This document shows positions 19,825 through 29,830 of a stretch of DNA of 64,000 nt, piece by piece (within the stretch, counting starts at the first letter, position 1; the number at the start of each line of letters is the position of its first letter). Source of the DNA: an uncultured delta proteobacterium (lineage in GTDB: Bacteria; Desulfobacterota; Binatia; UBA9968); the NCBI GenBank assembly GCA_963728565.1, contig CAVSLC010000018.1:64001-128000 (forward strand). Reading direction: 5' to 3'. The notes under the pieces are model-generated. The model saw nothing but the letters and a program-made list of their open reading frames with translations. It searched no databases and had not been told where the DNA came from. Position numbers and translations under genes: made by a program.

Positions 19825-20158
19825 ATTTCGGCTCCCTGAGTTCGGGCCGATCGCCGATGGCCTTGCGCGCTTGTCGGGGGGTTATGAAATAAGGGCCTTC
19901 AGTGGTGTCGCGCCAAATCTGCCTTGTCAAATCGGCATTACCCCCTGTTAGCACGAAGGATAAAGCTCCGCTGACCATTCCCATCGACACGGAGATCGCT
20001 TTAGCCGGAAGGAACACGAGGTTCCCCGCTGTCACGCCAACATCGACAGCGGCTATTTCAATGGCCGCTTCCGCGTTGAGAATGGATGGGCAGAGGCTGG
20101 CGACGAATAATGCGGCGGCAACAATCAGACGGCGAATGGTTTTGGCGGTTTTCAGCAT
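19823..20158 (-). CDS. Hypothetical exported/membrane protein
   Basis: Signal-like N-terminus from MLKTAK; hydrophobic core and GPYFITP; directly follows the upstream ORF. Confidence 0.65.
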   Translation of the reverse strand: MLKTAKTIRRLIVAAALFVASLCPSILNAEAAIEIAAVDVGVTAGNLVFLPAKAISVSMGMVSGALSFVLTGGNADLTRQIWRDTTEGPYFITPRQARKAIGDRPELREPK

Positions 20159-20159
20159 T

Positions 20160-20600
20160 CTAACCTCGCATGAAAAGCTTCGACCGGATTGCATTGACTC
20201 CGTGCGTTGGGTTCCAGTAACGGCGCAGGCCGAAATAGTAACAGCAGCTATCGTTATCGAGATCGTTGTTAAAGCAGCGCAGTGCGCCGTCTTGAAAGCG
20301 AATCCGGGCGAGACAGGTGCCGCCGGGCACCGAAGAAGTCATACATTCCATCACCACACCGATCCCCCAGTGTTCATAACGAAGATGCGTAACTTCGTCG
20401 CCAACCCCCAGAAAAAGCCGCTTTCGTTCCTTGAAAATTGAACTCTCTTCAGGGCGATTTTCAGTAACGGTGGGAGCAAGTTTTACTGTCGAACACGCAG
20501 GCGGCGCTTTTGCTGGCTGCTCTTGCTCCGTCTGGGTATGATTTTTACGTCGTCGAGCGGGCTTCCTCGGTGTCGCTTCGTCCTTCTCAGTGCGCTTCAC
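20160..20600 (-). CDS. Small protein with Tudor/SH3-like domain (DUF3553 / UvrD C-terminal-like)
   Basis: VGDEVTHLRYEHWGIGVV...RIRFQDG pattern after a basic disordered N-terminus; RBS AAGGA. Confidence 0.6.
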   Translation of the reverse strand: MKRTEKDEATPRKPARRRKNHTQTEQEQPAKAPPACSTVKLAPTVTENRPEESSIFKERKRLFLGVGDEVTHLRYEHWGIGVVMECMTSSVPGGTCLARIRFQDGALRCFNNDLDNDSCCYYFGLRRYWNPTHGVNAIRSKLFMRG

Positions 20601-20931
20601 AAAAATTCCTTTAGCTTCAAAACGTTCTTAAAGAATTGCTCCTCGCTCAATTCACCCCTTCATATTCACCAAAATGCAGAGTGACAGTCAAGCTCTGAAA
20701 TTATGGGTAGATAAGCAGAACTCCGGCCAAGACTGAGTTGACAGCGAAAGGCGCGATCAGTATGAAGGCGAGAGGCGCGGGTTCCTTGGTAGATTTTCCT
20801 GCGGCTGAACGTTTGCGACGAGATGAACTCGTAGCATTGAAGATCATCCGCAGGGTGTCATCGCGAGCCACGCCAGTGAACATGTTTGAAGTGAGCCATG
20901 GAGACTAGGTTAAGGGAAATGATCCATACTT

Positions 20932-21870
20932 ATGCCTGACCAGCACACGCCTTGCGGTATCGAGCTTCCTCAGGTTTTTTTCGATGGTCCCACGGACATG
21001 GAACACATTCGCAGGTTCGCGATGCAAGCGGAGATGCTGGGTTACGACGGCCTATGGCTGCAGGAGCGGATCATCGGCGACTTCACCATGCTCGAACCCG
21101 TGACACTGCTGAGCTATGTCGCCGGGATCACAACCAGACTGAAGTTGGGCACATCGGTCATTCTGTTGCCGCTGCGTAACCCGTTGCAGTTAGCCAAGGC
21201 GTATTCGAGCTTGGACGTGATGAGCCGCGGCCGCGCAATATTGGGCGTTGGGCTCGGCGGCGGTCATCTCGGATCTCATGAAGATGTCTTTGGCTATAGC
21301 CGGGAAGGGCGAGTGACACGCTTTACGGAAGCAGTGCAGATCATGAAGCTTCTTTGGACCGAGCCGACGGCGAGTTTTCAAGGCCGTTACTGGAGCTTCA
21401 AAGAAGTCTCCATGGAACCCAAACCGCTGCAGAAGCCGCACTTGCCGATCATCTTTGGCGGCCATCACGACAACGCGCTTCGCCGGGCGGTGAAGTCCGC
21501 CAATGGTTGGATGGGCGCAGGGTCGTCTTCCTCCGCATCTTTCATTCGCGAGGCGGCACGGATTCGTATTTTCTTAGACCAGGCGCAGCGCGATCCGGCT
21601 AGCTTTCATTTTGCCAAGAGAGTCTATCTCGCAGTCGACAAGGACAAGGCTCGCGGCGAGAAGCGTATCCGAGAATGGTTTGCTCGACGTTACAAAAACG
21701 CTGATTTGGGACCGAAGGTCTCGATCTGGGGTAGCAGCGCCGAATGCGCCGAAAAAATTCAAGAGATCGTCCATGCCGGCGCGCAGCACATTGTCTTTAA
21801 TCCCATGTTCGATGAGATGGAGCATTTGGAAATCTGCGCCAAAGAGATCATGCCACATTTGTGTGAGTGA
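20932..21870 (+). CDS. LLM-class (luciferase-like) flavin-dependent oxidoreductase
   Basis: GYDGLWLQE, LEPVTLLSYVAGIT, LGTSVILLPLRNP, PKPLQKPH. Confidence 0.92.
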   Translation: MPDQHTPCGIELPQVFFDGPTDMEHIRRFAMQAEMLGYDGLWLQERIIGDFTMLEPVTLLSYVAGITTRLKLGTSVILLPLRNPLQLAKAYSSLDVMSRGRAILGVGLGGGHLGSHEDVFGYSREGRVTRFTEAVQIMKLLWTEPTASFQGRYWSFKEVSMEPKPLQKPHLPIIFGGHHDNALRRAVKSANGWMGAGSSSSASFIREAARIRIFLDQAQRDPASFHFAKRVYLAVDKDKARGEKRIREWFARRYKNADLGPKVSIWGSSAECAEKIQEIVHAGAQHIVFNPMFDEMEHLEICAKEIMPHLCE

Positions 21871-21969
21871 GATTAACTCAGAGAAATGATCGTACGAGGT
21901 CGGATTTTCTCGCGTACAGGCGTAAAGACGCCAACTGAAGAGGTAGTCTCACTAGGACGGACCCGTGGG

Positions 21970-22265
21970 TCTCTATATCTCCCGCTTTTTTAGAAATTGA
22001 CAAAAGTTGCCGGTGACTCTTTCGGGTTAAGGCTTGTCAGGACGCCCAACGGTTATGTGCCACGTGTCAGTTGGTAATGCGACCCCGCGAACGGATGCGC
22101 GCGCCTTTCTTAGTCGCAGTGTCTGGTTCCGGTCGACCGTAAGCTTGCGGACGTGAAGCCGCTCGGGCGGTGCGCAACGTTATAGCGCATCGCCTGCCTG
22201 AGCCAGCTTCTGCGAGGGTGCAAAGCACTCCGCTCTCGCCACGAACCGGCTTCTAACAATCTTTG
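21970..22265 (-). ncRNA. Structured non-coding region, tentatively an IS110-type non-coding end (bridge-RNA-like) without transposase
   Basis: No credible ORF; hairpins at 22166-22194 and 22212-22239; resemblance to IS110 leaders is from memory only. Confidence 0.4.
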
Positions 22266-22415
22266 ACTTTCAGGAGGTCAAGCAAATCGATTCCGTCCTG
22301 TGCAGCGCGCCGCGCAGTTCCGTTAAGTTGAGTTTTGATCCTTGCTTACACAAGATCGGATGCGATAGAAGCGATCCATCTGATACTCGACTCGCGTGAA
22401 GGGAGGAACTTGGGC

Positions 22416-23528
22416 ATGTCAAAAAATGGGCTTCGCGCCTTCGACAGCGATATGCATGTCTTCGAGCCGGCCGATTTGTACACGAAGTACATGAATCCCA
22501 AATGGGGCGAGCGTATTCCGCGCGGCCAGCCGCGCACAAAGCACGGCATGACGCGCTATTTTTTAGGGAACGGCAAGCCGATTCGAGCGCCGAGCGACGT
22601 GGTGGATTTTCATGAAAGCCGCATGGCCGATCGCTTCAAGGAATCGCTGGCGCGGGATTACGACAATATTTCTCAACTGGCGGCCATGGATAAGGAAGGT
22701 TTGGACATCGCAGTCCTGTTTCGCACTTCACCGCTCCACACTAACGAAAATTTTGAGCCGGAGTACGCCAATGATCTGTGCAAAGCATGGAACGATTGGA
22801 TGGCCGATTTTTGCAAAGCGGACTCCAGGCGTCTCAAAGGATCAGCGTTGATTACGCTCCACGACGTTGATCTTGCCGTGAAAGAAGCTAAACGTTCCGT
22901 AAAGAACGGCGCAGTAGGTTTGTCGCTTTGTCCGGAGCCGATCAACGGCCGGCAGATTCACGATCGCTACTTCGATCCGCTATGGCACGAAGCGCAGGAA
23001 ATGAACATTCCTATCTGTTTTCATCCGCCGGCGCGCCCGCAGCAGCCGCAGGTATCGAAAGACCGGTTCGAAGGCCATCCCAACCAGGCGCTTTTGGTCA
23101 ATCCGCTGCGCAATCCGATCGAGCAGATTCTGGCGGTCAGCGCCTTCACTGCCGGCGGTGTGTTGGAACGTTTCCCGAAATTGAAAGTCGCATTTCTCGA
23201 AGGCAACTGTAGCTGGCTACCCTGGCTGCTTTATCGGATTGATGAATACTGGGAGATGCAAGGCGCGATGGCAGACATTCCTTTGCGCAAGAAGCCCAGC
23301 GAGTATTTCAGGGAGCAGTGTTTTATCTCTGTGGATGTGGATGAAGCGCTGGTCAAAAACGTGATCGATTATTTGGGCGACGACAATATCGTGATCTCCA
23401 CCGACTACCCGCACATTGATTGTCGCTGGCCGCATGCGCTCGATGAGTTTCTGAGGACGCCGATCAGCGAGCAATCAAAGAAAAAAATTCTCTGGGACAA
23501 TTGCGTGCGGCTGTACAACCATCATTAA
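22416..23528 (+). CDS. Amidohydrolase-2 family protein
   Basis: FDSDMHVFEP, AWNDW, GGVLERFPKLKVAFLEG, STDYPH, ILWDN; RBS GGAGGA. Confidence 0.92.
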   Translation: MSKNGLRAFDSDMHVFEPADLYTKYMNPKWGERIPRGQPRTKHGMTRYFLGNGKPIRAPSDVVDFHESRMADRFKESLARDYDNISQLAAMDKEGLDIAVLFRTSPLHTNENFEPEYANDLCKAWNDWMADFCKADSRRLKGSALITLHDVDLAVKEAKRSVKNGAVGLSLCPEPINGRQIHDRYFDPLWHEAQEMNIPICFHPPARPQQPQVSKDRFEGHPNQALLVNPLRNPIEQILAVSAFTAGGVLERFPKLKVAFLEGNCSWLPWLLYRIDEYWEMQGAMADIPLRKKPSEYFREQCFISVDVDEALVKNVIDYLGDDNIVISTDYPHIDCRWPHALDEFLRTPISEQSKKKILWDNCVRLYNHH

Positions 23529-23549
23529 CCAATCGCGGAGGAACTCGCT

Positions 23550-24506
23550 ATGTGCCGTTCCGCATTCTGTGCAGCTGTAATTTTGGGCATTTTGCTGTTG
23601 GCATGCCAGACCGGCACCGCCCAAACCCGCCTGCGCGCGTCGTACGGTTCCCTAGCAGTCTCACAAGTGGTTTTGCCCTTGGGCGTCCGCGCCGGCATCT
23701 TTCAGAAAAATGGCCTCCATCTAGAACCTATCTATATCGGTGGCCGATCGGTCTCCGCCTTGATCAGCGGCGATGTGCAATTCGGCTTCATGGGTGGTCC
23801 GCCAGCCATCCTCGCGCGCGTCAGTGGTGCCGATGTAGTCATGCTTGGCGGGTTGAATGGTCTCGATCAGATTCTTGTTGCTCTGCCGATCATCAAACGC
23901 GGCGCCGATCTGGTCGGTAAGCGGGTCGGCATCAGCCGTTTCGGGACTACGGCGGATTATGGCGCTCGTATCGGGCTCAAGAAGCTGAAGCTGCAGGCGC
24001 AAAAAGATGTGACGTTGATCCAGATAGGAGACACGCCGGCGCGCATTGGAGGTATGTTGTCAGGGGCCATCGAGGCCGCGACGTTGAACAGCAGTGAAAA
24101 GGAGCTGGCCTTCAGGAATGGCTTTCACATCCTGGCTGATCCGAGCGATATCGAATTTCCCGGCAACGCAATCGTGACCACGCGGTCATTTATGAAAACA
24201 AACAGGGAGGACGTGAAAAGATTCGTCCGCGCTTTGGTCGAAGTCATCGAGTTTGTGAAAACTCAGCCTGAGCGCGGCAAAAAATTGCTGCAAGAGATTT
24301 ACCGCCAGAATGACGCGGCAGTGATTGCCAAGCGCTACGATGCCATGGTGGAGATGTTTCCCGACTATCCTTATTTAACCAAAGGTTCGGTGCTGTCATT
24401 CCTGGAAATACTGCGTGACGAAGGGAAATTGAAAGATCCGCTTTATCCTGAGCCATTTCTCGATACAAGCGTGTTGTCGGAAGTGGAGCGGGAGCGAAAA
24501 AAATAG
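23550..24506 (+). CDS. NMT1/SsuA-like ABC substrate-binding protein
   Basis: Signal peptide, GIFQKNGL, LVGKRVGISRFG. Confidence 0.85.
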   Translation: MCRSAFCAAVILGILLLACQTGTAQTRLRASYGSLAVSQVVLPLGVRAGIFQKNGLHLEPIYIGGRSVSALISGDVQFGFMGGPPAILARVSGADVVMLGGLNGLDQILVALPIIKRGADLVGKRVGISRFGTTADYGARIGLKKLKLQAQKDVTLIQIGDTPARIGGMLSGAIEAATLNSSEKELAFRNGFHILADPSDIEFPGNAIVTTRSFMKTNREDVKRFVRALVEVIEFVKTQPERGKKLLQEIYRQNDAAVIAKRYDAMVEMFPDYPYLTKGSVLSFLEILRDEGKLKDPLYPEPFLDTSVLSEVERERKK

Positions 24507-24571
24507 ATGGTTCGGAGTTCGGGGCGAAGGCATGATCGGAGCGCTTCAGCTTGAACTTCGAACGGAAGGTG

Positions 24572-25708
24572 TCAGCCTTCGATCCCGTAAAATTTGACGC
24601 AGTTATCCCACAAAATCTTCCTGCGACTGTCCGCCGGCATCTCTTGATGAAAAAACTCCTGGGTGGCTTTGGGGAAGTCCGAGTCGCTGTGCGGATAGTC
24701 ACTGGAGAAAACCAGATTGTCGTCGCCGATCAACTGGCAGACGTTGCCAATATCTGCTTCGTCGCCTTCGCAGCCAATTACGCACTGGCGTTGGAAATAT
24801 TCACTGGGCTTCATCGTCAGCAGCGGTGCGTCATGCTTACCGAGCTGCTGCCAGTGCCGGTCCATGCGCTGCAGCCATGAAGGCGCCCAGCCGCAGTTGC
24901 ATTCCAGGAAAGCGACTTTCAGCCGCTCAAATCGTTCCAACACACCGCCGACGATGATATCGACCATTGTCACCATTTGGCCGGTGACATGGGTACAGAT
25001 GTGACGCAGCAAGCGGTTGCCTACGCCGAACCGTTCAAGATGGGGGTAGTGTCCTGAGTTAGTGCATTCGTGAAAGCCGACGGTCATGGCTGTCTCTTCC
25101 AGTTCCGCCCATAAAGGCTCCCAGTAGACGCTGAACCAAGTTTGTCCCGGCAAGGGCGTGGCGCGCAGGAACGCAGTTACGAATCCGAGCTTCTCTCTGG
25201 CGCGGCGTGCTTCGCGCACGGCAAGCGAAACATCGTGCGGCGGCAGCAGCGCGGCGCCGAAAAGTCGCTTGGGATTTTCCTGGCAGAAATCGTGGAGCCA
25301 GTCGTTGTAAGCGCGGCAGATCGCTTCGGCGAGCAGCGGGTCCATGTCCGGCATCGTCATGATGTGCAGGCACGCGGTGGGGAAGAGCACGGCCACGTCG
25401 ATGCCTTCGATATCCATCGCTTCGAGCTGCGACTTGGCGTTGAAATTTTGCTTGCGTGCGAAGTCGATGACATCCCCGCGGGTGTTGTTTCGCCTGCCGC
25501 TGATCATGCGTACGTCGTGGGCCAAGGTCGGACTATTTTGGCGCGGTTCTTTACCGTCCACCATCAGCAGGTTTAAATCGCCGCGCGTAGGTACGCGCAC
25601 CGGCCGGGGCGCGCGCTCTTTGAAGCGCGGGTCGATGTATTTTTCCCAAAGATCCAGCGGTTCCATGATATGCATGTCTGAGTCGATGATCTTAAATCCA
25701 TTCTTCAT
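24572..25708 (-). CDS. Amidohydrolase-2 family protein
   Basis: IIDSDMHIMEP, AYNDW, GGVLERFERLKVAFLE, SSDYPH, ILWDN. Confidence 0.92.
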   Translation of the reverse strand: MKNGFKIIDSDMHIMEPLDLWEKYIDPRFKERAPRPVRVPTRGDLNLLMVDGKEPRQNSPTLAHDVRMISGRRNNTRGDVIDFARKQNFNAKSQLEAMDIEGIDVAVLFPTACLHIMTMPDMDPLLAEAICRAYNDWLHDFCQENPKRLFGAALLPPHDVSLAVREARRAREKLGFVTAFLRATPLPGQTWFSVYWEPLWAELEETAMTVGFHECTNSGHYPHLERFGVGNRLLRHICTHVTGQMVTMVDIIVGGVLERFERLKVAFLECNCGWAPSWLQRMDRHWQQLGKHDAPLLTMKPSEYFQRQCVIGCEGDEADIGNVCQLIGDDNLVFSSDYPHSDSDFPKATQEFFHQEMPADSRRKILWDNCVKFYGIEG

Positions 25709-25847
25709 TGGTCTTCCCCACTTCAAGATGACGCCGTTTCGATATTTCCAACTACAACTAGCGCGGAGGCGCTGTCAACCATCACCTTGACATGAGCGAA
25801 CCGGGAGTAATAGAAATTCGCACAGCGAGTCACAGGGAGTCGGCACG

Positions 25848-26864
25848 ATGGCATCAGACGTTTGTAAATCAGTATATCGGCGTAAACCAAGAACAGCGAT
25901 CTTTCTCTCGGTCGTGATGCTGCTATTCGGTAGCGCAGTCCGAGAGGCTTTTGCCGGGAGTGCCGCCGAGCCCACGCGCTTGCGCATCAGCATTCCCGGC
26001 GTCGGCTCATCGTCTTATCCTCTGATAATGGCGCAGAAGAAAGGTTATTTTCGCGCCGAAGGCTATGAAGTCGAGCTGATCCCGATGGCAGCCGGACTCG
26101 CGGTAAAGACGTTACTCGCCGGCGAAGTCGGTGTCACTGCCGCGGGCACTGTACTGGCCAACTTGCAAGGCGCGAAGGTGCGCGTGGTGATGGGTTTTAT
26201 CCGCGAACTTCCGTACGATCTCGTGGTGCCGCCGGAGATCAGACGGGTCGAAGATCTGCGCGGCAAAAAAATCGCGGTGGCCGACCGCGGCAGCGTGACT
26301 TTCTTCGTCGTGCGGGCGATTTTGCAAGCGCATGGCATGGAGCCGGATCGGGATGTCACGTTACTCAACATGGGTACGCCGGCAGTACGTCATCAAGCGC
26401 TCCTGGCCGGGATTGTTCACGGCGTAGTGGCGAACTTTGACGGTACCGCTCTGCTGGCCGACCGCGGTTACCGTTCCGTGGCGAAGGCGGGCAGGTTCAT
26501 GAAAGGCTTCGCTGGGTCGCTCTCGGTGACGCAAGAACATTTGGAGAAGCGGCCTGATGAAGTGTTCCGAGCCGTACGCGCTACGCTGAAAGGTATTCGT
26601 GCCTACCTGGAGCAGCGTGACGAAGCGATCAAGTACAGTTCGGCATGGACCAAGATCTCAGCGGACAATGCGGCGAAAGTTCACGAGCTGATGTCGGCTG
26701 GCGCATTGGCGCCGGATGGTCTGCTAGATCGCGAGACCATGGAATCCGTGATACAGGAATCCCGTGAAGTCGCCGGGGTTAAACGCGCGGTCAAGCTCGA
26801 CGAAGTTTTCGACTTCCGTCTTGTCCAGCGCGCCAATGACGAACTGCGGAGCTGGCGGCCATAG
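25848..26864 (+). CDS. NMT1/SsuA-like ABC substrate-binding protein
   Basis: Signal peptide, KGYFRAEGYEVE, DLRGKKIAV, VFDF. Confidence 0.85.
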   Translation: MASDVCKSVYRRKPRTAIFLSVVMLLFGSAVREAFAGSAAEPTRLRISIPGVGSSSYPLIMAQKKGYFRAEGYEVELIPMAAGLAVKTLLAGEVGVTAAGTVLANLQGAKVRVVMGFIRELPYDLVVPPEIRRVEDLRGKKIAVADRGSVTFFVVRAILQAHGMEPDRDVTLLNMGTPAVRHQALLAGIVHGVVANFDGTALLADRGYRSVAKAGRFMKGFAGSLSVTQEHLEKRPDEVFRAVRATLKGIRAYLEQRDEAIKYSSAWTKISADNAAKVHELMSAGALAPDGLLDRETMESVIQESREVAGVKRAVKLDEVFDFRLVQRANDELRSWRP

Positions 26865-27148
26865 TTAAGCGAGCGCAAACGCGTTGCTTTAAAGTTGCGA
26901 AAAACAAAATCGCTGCGAACATTGTCGCGATGGACCTGTCTCATGGTTTCTCGCTTATGCGCGATCGAAGCCGACGACCCGCGCACACGTTTTGACGCCC
27001 GTGGCAGTATGCTAAGGCGACACAACAGGAGTTGCTTGTCGTCGTCCGAGTGAATGTGCAGCAAGGGTTATCGAGAAATCCGGTTCGATAGGACGCTTGG
27101 AACCATCGCTTAGCGAATGACACAGTCTAAAGTGGGAAAAGGATAACC

Positions 27149-27937
27149 ATGGATCTAGGACTGCGGCGGAAGGTGGCTGTTGTGAGCGGTTCCAGTGATG
27201 GCATCGGCTATGCTGTGGCGCATTCTTTGGCCCAGGAGGGTGCGCGAATTGTTCTGTGTGCCAGACGTGAGCCGCTCCTCGCCGAGGCGCGAAGAACCAT
27301 TGAGAAGGAAACTGGCGCCGAAGTTTTGGCGGTAACCTGCGATGTTCAACGCCTGGACGAGGTCCAGCATTTAGTCGCGGAAGTCATGCAGCGCTTCGGC
27401 GTGATCAATATTTTGGTCAACAACGCCGGGAGCGTTCCAAGTATACGCTTTGCCGATATCGACGATGCTCAGTGGTATCGGATGCTGGAAGGAAAATTGC
27501 TCGGCTATATTCGGATGACCCGAGAGATCGCGCCACACATGCGCAAGGTTGGGTGGGGCCGGATCATTAACATTGCCGGGACCGCCGGCTGGGAGCCAAG
27601 CGGTACCGCGATGGCAGTGGGTCTGAACAATGCCGCGGTGATGAACTGGACGAAGTCGTTGTCTCTCAATTATGCCGACGACGGCATTTTGGTGACGGCG
27701 GTGGCGCCGGGGTCCATCGAGACGCCGCGGCAAATTCGCAATCGCCAACGCGAGGCGGATATAACCGGCAGGAATCTCGAAGAGATCCGCAAGGCGCGCG
27801 CGCAGGAAATTCCGCTGCACCGGCTGGGCCGAGCCGAGGAAGTGGCTAATGTCGTTGTCTTTCTCGCATCAGAACGGTCCAGCTATATGACCGGTACCTG
27901 CGTGACCGTGGATGGCGGCGTGGTGCGGGGGATTTGA
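27149..27937 (+). CDS. Short-chain dehydrogenase/reductase
   Basis: MDLGL start, SGSSDGIG, LVNNAG, VDGG; catalytic YxxxK not canonical. Confidence 0.9.
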   Translation: MDLGLRRKVAVVSGSSDGIGYAVAHSLAQEGARIVLCARREPLLAEARRTIEKETGAEVLAVTCDVQRLDEVQHLVAEVMQRFGVINILVNNAGSVPSIRFADIDDAQWYRMLEGKLLGYIRMTREIAPHMRKVGWGRIINIAGTAGWEPSGTAMAVGLNNAAVMNWTKSLSLNYADDGILVTAVAPGSIETPRQIRNRQREADITGRNLEEIRKARAQEIPLHRLGRAEEVANVVVFLASERSSYMTGTCVTVDGGVVRGI

Positions 27938-28040
27938 TCGCACACAGGTTAGATCCGGGCTGGCCGGCGTGAGTACCACGGCTGGAGATGGCCGGCGTCA
28001 TGGCATCGTCGGATGATCCAGCGAGAGTCGAAGTCAGCGC

Positions 28041-28075
28041 AGAGTTTTCACTACCGGAGTAGAGTAAACACTACC
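28041..28075 (+). promoter_or_regulatory. Tandem repeat, candidate enhancer (UAS) for a sigma-54 activator
   Basis: AGAGTTTTCACTACC (28041-28055) and AGAGTAAACACTACC (28061-28075), 20-bp period, ~100-130 bp upstream of a -24 box. Confidence 0.55.
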
Positions 28076-28171
28076 CTTCGGGTGTGAAGTCGCCTCCCAA
28101 ATCACATCCTTGCTGTTTCAGATTCCTTGCTCATCCAAGGCCTTACTCCATCGAGATTGATCTTGTCTGAG

Positions 28172-28187
28172 TGGCACGACGGTTGCG
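28172..28187 (+). promoter_or_regulatory. sigma-54 -24/-12 promoter
   Basis: TGGCAC-GACGG-TTGCG. Confidence 0.75.
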
Positions 28188-28351
28188 CTTCCAATCGGCA
28201 CCGGTAGGTTCGCTGCCTTGACGATACCGGTCATCTGATAATTCAGATCCTACTACTTCAGCAAGGAGGAGGAGCCATGACCTAACTCACTTAGCCGGCC
28301 CCGCGTAAAACGATTGATCTGAAACATGACATTTAACACAGGAGGATAGTT

Positions 28352-29656
28352 ATGAAGTCACGATGGATTGGACTAATCGTCTTCCTTTCGTTTACAGCTA
28401 TCTTCTTTTCCCTGGCCGCGATGTCCATTCGAGATCTGGGCGATCACTCTGCCTGGGCAGATGATGACGATAAGCTGCCGTTTCCGAAGAACGCGACGGT
28501 TACGACTCTGATCACAACACCCCGATCAATCGAGGGGTTGACGGGAGACAATCATGATAACTTATATACCGGTGGTTGGGGTGCGTCTCCTTGCCCTGTT
28601 TGGAAAATCAACCTCCACAAGCCTAGTCTCGTTCCAGTTGGATTTATACAATCCGCCGAAAACTGCATTCTCCTGGGAATTGCATTTAACGAGAACGGCG
28701 ACCTTTTCGTGGCTGACGGCCTTGCCGGGATCGTCTACACATTTACCCCAAACAGCCAGACTCCGCCCAGCGCCGTAATTTTCGCTTCTGCTCCGGGAGC
28801 CAACAGCATGGCCTTCGATAAGAAGGGAAACCTCTGGCTGACTGATGGGACTACGGGCCAGGGCAGAGTTTGGAAAATAACCGGCCCGGGCGCCAACTGT
28901 ACATCGACGCCGGCAGTTAACTGCGAAGAAGTTTTTCGTGTCCAACCGATGGCCAATGAGGTCAATCTAAATGCGGCCGGAGTGGGTGGTGTGGGACGTG
29001 ACGTCCGTGTCCTGCCCCAAGGTATGATCACCGTGACACCGACGTCGCGCAACGCCGCCGACACTCTCGCTTCGCAGCCGCTGGTGGCCAATGGCATCGC
29101 CTTCGACAAAAATGGAGATACACTATTCATCGCCGATACGGCGCGAGGAGCCATCTGGAAGGCGACGTTCAGCCCCAACGGCGACTTAAAAAGCAAGACC
29201 GGCTGCGATACCACCTTCACGCCCAACACCCTTTGTCTGGACAATGTCTTTGTCGCGCATCCCTACCTCGAAAGTGCTGACGGGATCGTATTGGATCAAG
29301 GCGAAAACATATGGGTCAGTCTTCCCGAACGCCAAGCCATCGTAGTTGTGACGAAGAACGGGAAAGTGATTGAAGTGTTCCGTAATCCGGTCAACTCACC
29401 GAGCGGGATTGGTCTAAGGAACGCGGGTGATCAATCAGTAGGAAACAACCACATTCTTGAATCTCCAACGGTTCCCTTCCTGATGGGAAAGGTGTTCTGC
29501 ACGGCTCAGGATGATACGGGCAGGCGGGATAATTCCCCCCGACGGGAAGGCGAAGTCAGTGGCGGCCAACCCCAAGATGGCGCAATTCCTCTGGCCAAGA
29601 TCTCCTGCATGGATCAAGAGTTAAAAATTTCTGGTCTACGCTTACCCATCGACTAG
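28352..29656 (+). CDS. Secreted beta-propeller protein (SMP-30/gluconolactonase-like)
   Basis: Signal/TM; blade motifs GIAFNENGDLFVAD, NSMAFDKKGNLWLTD, NGIAFDKNGDTLFIAD, DGIVLDQGENIWV; RBS AGGAGG. Confidence 0.8.
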   Translation: MKSRWIGLIVFLSFTAIFFSLAAMSIRDLGDHSAWADDDDKLPFPKNATVTTLITTPRSIEGLTGDNHDNLYTGGWGASPCPVWKINLHKPSLVPVGFIQSAENCILLGIAFNENGDLFVADGLAGIVYTFTPNSQTPPSAVIFASAPGANSMAFDKKGNLWLTDGTTGQGRVWKITGPGANCTSTPAVNCEEVFRVQPMANEVNLNAAGVGGVGRDVRVLPQGMITVTPTSRNAADTLASQPLVANGIAFDKNGDTLFIADTARGAIWKATFSPNGDLKSKTGCDTTFTPNTLCLDNVFVAHPYLESADGIVLDQGENIWVSLPERQAIVVVTKNGKVIEVFRNPVNSPSGIGLRNAGDQSVGNNHILESPTVPFLMGKVFCTAQDDTGRRDNSPRREGEVSGGQPQDGAIPLAKISCMDQELKISGLRLPID

Positions 29657-29830
29657 CCGACGGACTTGAGGTGACCGAGTCGTCGGGATCAAATGCAATG
29701 ACAACACTGCGCTTGGACGTTTCCCAAGCGGAGATGTGAGAACGAACCCGCAGTCAGCACCACACCTTGGTTCAGACGGTGTAAAGAAAAAAACGGATAG
29801 GATTCAACCAGTCAGCACAAGGAGGATGAT

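Noticed and set aside
20701-20883. 60-aa minus-strand ORF with a hydrophobic end
   Set aside because: No RBS or recognisable motif
29658-29785. Several short hairpins between the propeller and cupredoxin genes
   Set aside because: No riboswitch consensus or U-tract; cannot assign a function
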